Shown piece by piece: positions 1 to 6,561 of a stretch of 24,680 nucleotides of DNA. Both the position numbers and the translations under genes were made by a program. The stretch comes from Planctomycetota bacterium (GTDB taxonomy: Bacteria; Planctomycetota; Phycisphaerae; WQYP01): assembly GCA_021818565.1 (NCBI GenBank), contig JAKATV010000366.1:1-24680 (forward strand). Reading direction: 5' to 3'. A model generated the notes under the pieces. That model saw only the letters and a list, made by a program, of their open reading frames with translations. It searched no databases and was not told the origin of the DNA. Each line of letters begins with the position of its first letter. The stretch's first letter is position 1.

Positions 1-655
1 GATCGCGGGTTTGATCAATCGCGGTTTGCAGACGTGTGTGTGTACCATCTTGCACCAGCATGGACTGTGAATTATCCAAAATAATCACACACGCGGTGGA
101 TTGCCCGTTGAAATGGGTGCCGACATTGGGAAAAAGGCTGTCAGTTCCCAGGCCAAATATAGCTGTGACCGTGGCTGCCAGGCCCACGAGCATAAAAATC
201 ACCGGCCACAATAGACCAGGCCTGCCTGGCACCGAGGCCGGGGATGTTTTTATACTCGCGGATGGTGCTTCCACCGCGCCAGCGCTTTTGCGTTGATCCA
301 ACGCATTGCTGAAAATCACCGTCATCACCGCCAGAACGGCAATGCCGCCCAGCAACAATAACAACATGCCATACGCCGCGAAGGGCGATCCGCCATGAAC
401 CAGGGGGCCGGCTATGGCCATGGCGATCATCGCAAAAACCGCCATGCGCAAAAGCAGAAGCACAAATTGCTGGACCTGCCGTTTGCGTGATGTTTTCTGC
501 GCTGTGACGCGCAAAAAGCGCAACGTCGGAAAGCGTACAATGGGTGATCGCACGCGATTGAGCAGATGCAGCAGCACGGGAATGCCGGCCGCCAGCAGGC
601 CCAGCAGCATGACTGGATCTGAAAAATTCATAGCCGCCAGCGGCAAATCATTCAT
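1..655 (-). CDS. BatA-domain / von Willebrand factor A membrane protein (3'-partial, runs off the left edge; missing from the ORF track)
   Basis: My translation from ATG 655 (SD-like GGAAAGG upstream): MNDLPLAAMNFSDPVMLLGLLAAGIPVLLHLLNRVR..FPTLRFLR..RKRQVQQFVLLLLRMA, the BatA N-terminal double-TM signature. Near the edge it reads CVIILDNSQSM (vWA MIDAS DxSxS). It lies directly downstream of DUF58. Confidence 0.88.
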   Translation of the reverse strand, partial: MNDLPLAAMNFSDPVMLLGLLAAGIPVLLHLLNRVRSPIVRFPTLRFLRVTAQKTSRKRQVQQFVLLLLRMAVFAMIAMAIAGPLVHGGSPFAAYGMLLLLLGGIAVLAVMTVIFSNALDQRKSAGAVEAPSASIKTSPASVPGRPGLLWPVIFMLVGLAATVTAIFGLGTDSLFPNVGTHFNGQSTACVIILDNSQSMLVQDGTHTRLQTAIDQTRD

Positions 656-686
656 GCGCATCCTTTCCAAGCGCTGTTATGCACCG

Positions 687-1613
687 TTAGCGCCGCGAAG
701 TGCGGCGCAGCAATTCACGAATCTGCGCGTCCCATGGCACATCCGTAAAGGCGGTAACATAATCGATGCGGGACTGGCCGCACCGTTTCTTAATTAAATC
801 AAGGAATGCCTGTACTTCCCGGCGATAATCATCGCGAATAAGCTTAGGATCAATCTGCAGGCGCGATCCATCTTCCATATCTTCAAATGTTATGGGCCGG
901 TTATAAGCCAATTCCATTTCTCCGCGATCCAGTACCTGCATAAGTACCAACTGATGCCTGGCGTGGCGCAAATGTTGCAGGGCGCTGGTGATTTTATCCG
1001 GATCATCAAAGAGGTCGCTGATGACAATAACCAATCCACGGCGTGGAATTTTATTGGCCAGCAGATGCAGCGTGCCGGAAATATCTGTCTCCCGGTCGGG
1101 TGAAAGTTTTTCCAGACTCACAAAAATCTGATCCAGATGGGACGGGCCGTTGCCTTGGGGAATTTCCAGCCGGATGGTTTTATCAAACGCGATTAACCCC
1201 ACCATATCCTGCTGATTAGACAGCATATATGCGAGGGATGCCGCCAGAACGGCCCCGTATTCAAACTTGGTGACGCCCTGCAGTGTTTTGCCCTGTGGAT
1301 CAGGCAAGGATGCTGCGCCAAAATTCATTGACGCCGACGCGTCCAGGCAGATGGTGGCCCGAAGATTGGTTTCCTGCTCATATTGCTTGATGTAGTACCG
1401 GTCCGTTTTCGCCAGAACGGTCCAATCCAGATGTTTAATTTCATCGCCGGGCACATATTCCCGGTGTTCCGCAAACTCAATGGAAAAACCCTTGTGCGGG
1501 CTTTTGTGCATGCCCGCGTACACGCCCTCCACCACGCCGCGCACCATCAGTTCCAAACGCCGCAGTTGTGCCGCCTGCGCGGGCTTAAAAAATCGGTATT
1601 GATATGTCGGCAT
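687..1613 (-). CDS. DUF58 family protein (vWA-like, MoxR-associated)
   Basis: Motifs G.HKSPHKGFSIEFAEHREYVPGDEIKHLDW, IKQYEQETN, LDASASM and VIVISDL. ATG at 1613 is preferred over TTG at 1619. Confidence 0.93.
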   Translation of the reverse strand: MPTYQYRFFKPAQAAQLRRLELMVRGVVEGVYAGMHKSPHKGFSIEFAEHREYVPGDEIKHLDWTVLAKTDRYYIKQYEQETNLRATICLDASASMNFGAASLPDPQGKTLQGVTKFEYGAVLAASLAYMLSNQQDMVGLIAFDKTIRLEIPQGNGPSHLDQIFVSLEKLSPDRETDISGTLHLLANKIPRRGLVIVISDLFDDPDKITSALQHLRHARHQLVLMQVLDRGEMELAYNRPITFEDMEDGSRLQIDPKLIRDDYRREVQAFLDLIKKRCGQSRIDYVTAFTDVPWDAQIRELLRRTSRR

Positions 1614-1625
1614 AAACAAAATCCG

Positions 1626-2219
1626 TCATGATGCCGGTAGCGTGCCGGCCACCAGCCAGGTTATCGCCATCGCCCCATAATGTAATTCCCGAACCATCCG
1701 TGGGTAAATCGCCATGTCATCGAGTGTCACCGCCGTAGGATGTCGCAGGATAATCAGGGCGTCCGGTGCCATGGATGTTAACAGCGCACCGATAAGTTCA
1801 TCCACACGCTTACGACCTTCCGGGGTTTCCATGTGGGCATAAGGCGGATCTATAAAAGCCAATCCCAGTTGCTGCCCACGCAGTTTGCCGGAAAGCAGCA
1901 GCCCGATGTGATACGCATCCGCGGAAAGCACATCACACTCCTGCTCAACGCGCAAGGCCCCTATATTGTTGCGAAGACCGTCTAGCGCATTACGATCTCG
2001 CTCCACAAAAATCGCCCGCTTTGCACCCCGCGACAGACATTCCAGCCCCAGACTGCCGGTGCCGGAGAAGCAATCCAACACGACAGAATCGGGAATAGCC
2101 ACAGCGCAGGTTAATGCGTCGAACAGCGATTGTTTGGCGCGATCTGTAATGGGGCGGGTCGTCATAGAGTCCGGCCCGATAAGCCGTCGCGTTCTAAATG
2201 TTCCAGCAATGATTCGCAT
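1626..2219 (-). CDS. rsmD: 16S rRNA m2G966 methyltransferase RsmD
   Basis: MRIIAG..R.RRL, TRPITDRAKQSLF, VLDCFSGTGSLGLECLSRGA (SAM motif I) and FIDPPY (motif IV). Confidence 0.93.
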   Translation of the reverse strand: MRIIAGTFRTRRLIGPDSMTTRPITDRAKQSLFDALTCAVAIPDSVVLDCFSGTGSLGLECLSRGAKRAIFVERDRNALDGLRNNIGALRVEQECDVLSADAYHIGLLLSGKLRGQQLGLAFIDPPYAHMETPEGRKRVDELIGALLTSMAPDALIILRHPTAVTLDDMAIYPRMVRELHYGAMAITWLVAGTLPAS

Positions 2220-2232
2220 ATCCTGTGGAAGT

Positions 2233-2253
2233 ATAACCGCAAAGTGCGGTTAT
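2233..2253. repeat. 8-5-8 inverted repeat ATAACCGC-aaagt-GCGGTTAT just upstream of rsmD
   Basis: Read directly from the sequence; function unknown (operator or 5' hairpin). Confidence 0.55.
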
Positions 2254-2410
2254 CACCGCCGTGGATTAAGTTATAGGCAGACCGGCGTGTGGTATGCCGG
2301 ACCTGTTCGCCGCTGCCCACGGCACTCATCTTGCGGAATCAACGATTAGCTTAAGAACAGATATAAATTGGGGGAGCACACAGTGGCGGCGGTGGCGGAC
2401 CTGCCAATGG

Positions 2411-2428
2411 CCGATGGGGCCCCATCGG
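2411..2428. repeat. Perfect 18-bp palindrome CCGATGGGGCCCCATCGG in the rsmD-dnaB divergent intergenic region
   Basis: CCGATGGGG is the exact reverse complement of CCCCATCGG, with no spacer. Confidence 0.75.
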
Positions 2429-2451
2429 ACGGCTTGAACACGGTTCTTCAT

Positions 2452-2460
2452 TGTGGAAAA
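2452..2460 (-). promoter_or_regulatory. Single DnaA-box consensus match (TTTTCCACA) upstream of dnaB
   Basis: Matches TTWTNCACA. There is only one copy, so it may be a chance match. Confidence 0.25.
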
Positions 2461-2593
2461 CCTGTCGACACAATCTTACTGGCAGGCCGTGCAAAATCGG
2501 ATCAACCGCGTTACATTAGGCGTGGCATACAGGATGTTGCCGCGATCCGGTTTTGTATTGTGAAACCGTAGCTTTAACGCGAGATAAACTTTT

Positions 2594-4009
2594 ATGGAAC
2601 AATCCGCAACAACCGCTCGCCCCCGCCCGCGTGAGGCACCCCTGACGCTCCAGCCGCAAAATGTGACGGACCGCACCCCCCCCCACGATTCCGCATCGGA
2701 AATGGCGCTGTTGGGTTCCATGTTGCTGGATCCGGAAGTCATTGGACCGGTCTGTGCGATTATTGAATCGGGCAATGCCTTTTTCAGTCGGCAGAACCAG
2801 ATTATTTTTGAAGGTATTCTTGAGCTTTTCCAAGCCAGTTCCGCAGTGGATGGTGTTACCCTCACCCACAAACTTAAGCAGAAAAATCTGTACGACGCCG
2901 CCGGCGGCTATGATTATCTTGAGCAACTGGTCAACTGTGTGCCCAGTGCCGCCAACGCCATCGCCTATGCCCAGATTGTGCGGGATAAGGCACTCCTGCG
3001 GCGACTTATCACGGCGTGTGCCCAGACGTTGGAATCCTGCTATGACAATTCCGAAGAGGCCGCGGTCATTTTAGACCGCAGCGAGCGCACCATCTTTGAG
3101 GTGGCCCAATTAAAAGTTACCGGCCAGCCGGTATCACTGACCGATGTGCTGCACGAAACATTTGAAATGCTGGACCGCAACACCGGCAACACCATCACCG
3201 GCGTGCCCAGTGGCTTTGTGGAGCTGGATAATCTTACCAGCGGCCTGCAGCGTGAAGAAATGATTGTGCTGGCCGCCCGCCCCAGTGTTGGAAAAACCGC
3301 GCTGGTTATGAATATCGTTGAGCATGTCGGCGTGGATTTGAAAAAGCCCGTCGCGGTGTTTTCACTGGAAATGTCCAAGCAGCAATTGGCCCAGCGTATG
3401 CTCTGCTCACGCAGCGGCGTGGATTCTCAAAATCTCCGGCGCAATATGCTTTCCCGCGAAGACCGCAACCGCTTGAGTATGGCGGTGGGGGAGTTGTCTG
3501 AAGGAAAAATCTTTATTGATGATACACCCGCATTATCCATTCTGGACCTGCGCACCAAGGCACGCCGCCTGTTAAGTCAGCATGGCATTGAGCTGGTGGT
3601 CATTGACTATCTGCAACTTATGGAAGCCCCGAGGGAGGAAAACCGGCAGCAGCAAATCAGTTCCATCAGCCGCGGCGTTAAGGCACTGGCCCGTGAATTA
3701 AAATGCCCCGTGGTGTGCCTGTCCCAGTTAAATCGCGCCTCGGAAAGTGAAAATCGCCTCCCCCGCACCAGTGACCTCCGCGAGTCCGGCAGCATTGAAC
3801 AGGACGCCGATGTCGTTATGCTCCTGCACCGTGAAGCCGTTATGCACCGCGGCGATCAGGAATGGGCCCAGGCCAACCCGGATAAACTCAATGAGGCACA
3901 ACTGATAATCGCTAAACAGCGCAACGGCCCCTGCGACACAGTCCGCCTGACATTTGTCGCTTCGCACACCCGGTTTGAAACCTATCATCCAGGCTCAGAA
4001 TTTCAATAA
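2594..4009 (+). CDS. dnaB: Replicative DNA helicase DnaB
   Basis: N-terminal PPHD..SE.ALLGSMLL, Walker A AARPSVGKT, FSLEM, Walker B IDYLQL, SDLRESGSIEQDAD and IIAKQRNGP. Length 471 aa, no intein. Confidence 0.98.
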   Translation: MEQSATTARPRPREAPLTLQPQNVTDRTPPHDSASEMALLGSMLLDPEVIGPVCAIIESGNAFFSRQNQIIFEGILELFQASSAVDGVTLTHKLKQKNLYDAAGGYDYLEQLVNCVPSAANAIAYAQIVRDKALLRRLITACAQTLESCYDNSEEAAVILDRSERTIFEVAQLKVTGQPVSLTDVLHETFEMLDRNTGNTITGVPSGFVELDNLTSGLQREEMIVLAARPSVGKTALVMNIVEHVGVDLKKPVAVFSLEMSKQQLAQRMLCSRSGVDSQNLRRNMLSREDRNRLSMAVGELSEGKIFIDDTPALSILDLRTKARRLLSQHGIELVVIDYLQLMEAPREENRQQQISSISRGVKALARELKCPVVCLSQLNRASESENRLPRTSDLRESGSIEQDADVVMLLHREAVMHRGDQEWAQANPDKLNEAQLIIAKQRNGPCDTVRLTFVASHTRFETYHPGSEFQ

Positions 4010-4040
4010 TCCAATATTCGTATTCCCTCCCCCAGACGGT

Positions 4041-4073
4041 CTGTAGCTCAATGCGACAGCGTTGAGTTTGCAG
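4041..4073 (+). terminator. Possible stem-loop between convergent dnaB and the Zn-ribbon gene
   Basis: CTGTAG-CTCAATGC-gaca-GCGTTGAG-t-TTGCAG pairs with G-U wobbles. There is no clear U-tract, so the terminator role is uncertain. Confidence 0.3.
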
Positions 4074-4176
4074 CGCAAATGTATTGTGATGACACGGCGC
4101 GCTTCAGTTCGTCGCGATAAGCACACCACGTGCCCCGCCGGAGCGGACCCGCGCATCCGAGGCCGGAGACAACCCA

Positions 4177-4428
4177 TCACCACGGCGGAGAAAACAGCCA
4201 ACTGATAATAAACATCGCCAAGGCCAAAAATAACAGTGCAATGCCTATAAACTTCACAGTACCTCCGCCACCAAGCAATTGGCGGCTGGTAATATATTCT
4301 CCGCAAAATGGACAACGCGGCGTGTCATCGTAAATGGTCTTTTTGCAGTTGGGGCAGGCCGCCGTGTTGATATGGTTTTGAATTTTCCAGTGTTCATCGT
4401 CATAGCTGTCATCATCCTGGTACGTCAC
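4177..4428 (-). CDS. Small zinc-ribbon membrane protein (about 83 aa)
   Basis: GTG start at 4428 with GAGGA 7 nt upstream. It has an acidic N-terminus (QDDDSYDDE), CPNC..CPFC, and a C-terminal hydrophobic helix (FIGIALLFLALAMFIISWLF). The ORF-track start at 4503 runs through the palindrome and is probably too long. Confidence 0.8.
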   Translation of the reverse strand: MTYQDDDSYDDEHWKIQNHINTAACPNCKKTIYDDTPRCPFCGEYITSRQLLGGGGTVKFIGIALLFLALAMFIISWLFSPPW

Positions 4429-4538
4429 GTGCTTATCCTCCGGAAGAGTGTCAAAGCGTGCCGCTGGGCCAATTGGGCAACAGCCTGTTGCCCAATTGGC
4501 CATGATTGTACATGCGTTATAATAATATGCTTATACAT
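4425..4538 (-). CDS. Candidate 37-aa small ORF MYKHIIITHVQSWPIGQQAVAQLAQRHALTLFRRIST carrying the YhcG palindrome peptide
   Basis: ATG 4538 overlaps the yhcG stop (ATGTATAA), and its TGA overlaps the downstream GTG start (GTGA). There is no SD and no homology support. Confidence 0.25.
   Translation of the reverse strand: MYKHIIITHVQSWPIGQQAVAQLAQRHALTLFRRIST
4467..4501. repeat. 35-bp palindrome (17-1-17) GGCCAATTGGGCAACAG-C-CTGTTGCCCAATTGGCC; copy 1, downstream of yhcG
   Basis: Read directly. Bases 4470-4499 are identical to 5413-5442. Confidence 0.95.
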
Positions 4539-5520
4539 ATGATACATCCGGCATTCGCGCCCGACTGTTGGTCGTTGACGGATTGCGTTTTTTACTCGCG
4601 GCGGGCCGCATTGGCGGCAGTTTCGCGGGCTGCGCCAGTTCCGCCTCAATTTCTTTTATGGACGGCAGACTGGACTTAAGATCTTTCGGCAATGCGCGGG
4701 TAATTTCATACTCAGAAACACCGATGGGTTTCTGCAGGCCGCGCAGGGCGTACTCCGCGACCACCCGATTGCGATCCTGACATAGAATCAGACCAATGGA
4801 TGGATTGTCCGCCGGGTGGCGCAATTTATCATCCACAACGTTGAGATAAAAGTTGACTTTGCCGGCGTACTCGGCTTTGAACGCGCCCTTTTTAAGGTCG
4901 ATGACAACATAACAGCGCAATTGCAGGTGATAAAATAGCAGATCAATATAGAAATCGTCGCCGCCCACCTGAACATGATATTGACGGCCGACAAAGGCGA
5001 AGCCCTGTCCCGCCTCGATCAGGAATTTTTCCAAGTGGCGCAGAAGCTGTGTTTCCAGCTCACGTTCATGAAAAGGCTCAGTCATGGTCATGAAATCGAA
5101 GATGTAGGGATCTTTAAGGGCGTGCGAGACTAAATCAGACTGATGGGCCGGCAACTTATCGCGAAAGTTGGTGACGGCGTTGCCCTGCCGTCGATGCGTT
5201 TCGCGTTTAATCATGAGTTCCAGTACATTGCGACTCCACCCGTGTTGGAGTGTCTCACGCATATACCACAAGCGAATAGTGGGGGACTTTACCCGCTGCA
5301 TCAGCAGCACATTATGCCCCCAGGGCAATTGGGCAACAGCGTGTTGCGTAACTGTAAAATCCTTGTCATGCGAGGGTTTGGTCTGCACATTGCGTGAATA
5401 TTGGCCGGATGTCAATTGGGCAACAGCCTGTTGCCCAATTGGTAGAAGATGGGGATATTCGCGACAGAATTGCGTCATCAATTTCAAATTTCGTTCGGAA
5501 AAGCCTTTCACTTCCGGCAA
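4531..5520 (-). CDS. yhcG: DUF1016/YhcG-family PD-(D/E)XK nuclease, apparently lacking its first about 60 residues (5'-truncated; possibly a pseudogene)
   Basis: GFSERNL, LPWGHN, GWSRNVL, LKDPYIFDF, ERELETQL, FLIEAGQGFAFVGRQ, FYIDLLFYH, VVIDLK, GKVNFY, IGLILC, PIGVSEY and LPSIKEIEAEL. The reading frame begins at the family's ELPEVKGFS motif, right after the ubiA stop. Possible starts are TTG 5520 and GTG 5511. Confidence 0.9.
   Translation of the reverse strand: MPEVKGFSERNLKLMTQFCREYPHLLPIGQQAVAQLTSGQYSRNVQTKPSHDKDFTVTQHAVAQLPWGHNVLLMQRVKSPTIRLWYMRETLQHGWSRNVLELMIKRETHRRQGNAVTNFRDKLPAHQSDLVSHALKDPYIFDFMTMTEPFHERELETQLLRHLEKFLIEAGQGFAFVGRQYHVQVGGDDFYIDLLFYHLQLRCYVVIDLKKGAFKAEYAGKVNFYLNVVDDKLRHPADNPSIGLILCQDRNRVVAEYALRGLQKPIGVSEYEITRALPKDLKSSLPSIKEIEAELAQPAKLPPMRPAASKKRNPSTTNSRARMPDVSYV
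5326..5354. repeat. Degenerate copy 3 of the palindrome (CAATTGGGCAACAGCGTGTTGCGTAACTG), inside yhcG, encoding VTQHAVAQL
   Basis: The first 15 bp are identical to the other copies and the right arm has several mismatches. Its centre is 87 bp from the centre of copy 2. Confidence 0.85.
5413..5442. repeat. Copy 2 of the palindrome (14-1-14, CAATTGGGCAACAG-C-CTGTTGCCCAATTG, plus one further shared G), inside yhcG, encoding PIGQQAVAQL
   Basis: A 30-bp exact direct repeat of 4470-4499, offset by 943 bp. Confidence 0.95.
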
Positions 5521-5525
5521 CTCCT

Positions 5526-6479
5526 TTACCGGTATAACAGAATCGCCGCGATGGTGGTCAATCCGAAAATCAGTCCGACCAATCCATTCATGGTCATAAA
5601 TGCCAGATTCACTTTGGAAATATCATTCGGTTTCACCAGCGATTGTTCAATGACCAAAAGCAGCACTACAATTACAAATCCCAGCCAATAAATCGGCCCC
5701 AGGTGCAAACCTCCGCCGACACCCAGGCCGAAGGCCAGCAGCAGGGCAATCACAAGAAAATGGCAGGCACGGGAAATCCACAGGCTTTCGACAACGCCGA
5801 ATCTCGCCGGCAGGGAAAAGAGCTTCTCCTTGCGGTCAATATCCACATCCTGCAAAGCATACAGAATATCAAATCCCGGCAGCCAGAACAGTACCGCGCC
5901 CGCCAACAAAAGATCCTGCACGCCCAGCACCGGCCCATGCGGCGGCACGATGGCGATCCAGGCGCTGATGGGGGCCAGGCACAGCGAGCTGCCCAGAAAA
6001 AAATGGCACAACCAGGTAAAGCGCTTGGTAAAACTGTACAACGCAATCCACCCCAGCACCGGTACCGCCAGAACCACCGGATATATATTGCCTAGAATCA
6101 GCTCAAATAACAGCGTCGCGCCAATAAACAATAACCCGCAGATCACCAGCGTCCCGATCATAAACGCGACTGATACTTCCCCCGTCACGCTTGGCCGGCG
6201 CATAGCGCGCGGGTTGCGGCTGTCAAAATCCCGATCCACCAGGCGGTTAAACGTCATGGCAAATGTCCGGGCCAGAACCATGCACAGCACAATTAATCCC
6301 AGACGCATCCATCCCGGCCACACCAAATCAATCGCCCGCGCTGCCAAAAATGCCGCGATCAGCGCAAACGGCATGGCAAAAATGCTGTGGGAAAATTTGA
6401 TCATGTCCAGAAAAGTGCCAAAGCGTTTGAGCAAACCGGGTCTGTCCTGGGGCATGGCGGTGTTCGAATCAGTCATCAT
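5526..6479 (-). CDS. ubiA: UbiA-family polyprenyltransferase (4-hydroxybenzoate octaprenyltransferase-like; MqnP-type)
   Basis: MIKFSHSIFAMPFA, ARTFAMTFNRLVDRDFDSRNPR, YSFTKRFT, GFDILYALQDVDIDRKEKLFSLPARFG and many TM helices. This is the subfamily found with ubiX in the futalosine menaquinone pathway. Confidence 0.9.
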   Translation of the reverse strand: MMTDSNTAMPQDRPGLLKRFGTFLDMIKFSHSIFAMPFALIAAFLAARAIDLVWPGWMRLGLIVLCMVLARTFAMTFNRLVDRDFDSRNPRAMRRPSVTGEVSVAFMIGTLVICGLLFIGATLLFELILGNIYPVVLAVPVLGWIALYSFTKRFTWLCHFFLGSSLCLAPISAWIAIVPPHGPVLGVQDLLLAGAVLFWLPGFDILYALQDVDIDRKEKLFSLPARFGVVESLWISRACHFLVIALLLAFGLGVGGGLHLGPIYWLGFVIVVLLLVIEQSLVKPNDISKVNLAFMTMNGLVGLIFGLTTIAAILLYR

Positions 6480-6561
6480 GTATTACCCATCATTGATTTT
6501 AATTTTCAAACGCGACGCCCAGAAAATGCTTTTCATGGTCCGTTGCCACCGTCGCTTTTTA

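Noticed and set aside
2251-2266. TATCACCGCCGTGGAT resembles a phage lambda operator
   Set aside because: No phage genes or repressor nearby, imperfect symmetry, single copy; most likely chance.
2368-2571. 67-aa plus-strand ORF upstream of dnaB
   Set aside because: TTG start, no SD and no recognisable motif.
2220-2593. Replication origin next to dnaB
   Set aside because: Only one consensus DnaA box and no AT-rich unwinding repeats.
2594-4009. Intein in dnaB
   Set aside because: The length (471 aa) is normal and the helicase motifs are contiguous.
4036-4110. tRNA-like start (GGTCTGTAGCTCAATG)
   Set aside because: No T-arm (GTTCRANYC), no acceptor-stem complement and no anticodon arm.
4449-4454. 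Perfect TTGACA on the minus strand upstream of the Zn-ribbon gene
   Set aside because: No -10 at a 16-18 bp spacing, and it is too close to the start codon.
4467-5442. CRISPR array made of the palindromic repeats
   Set aside because: Only three copies at spacings of 943 and 87 bp, two of them in a coding frame, and no cas genes.
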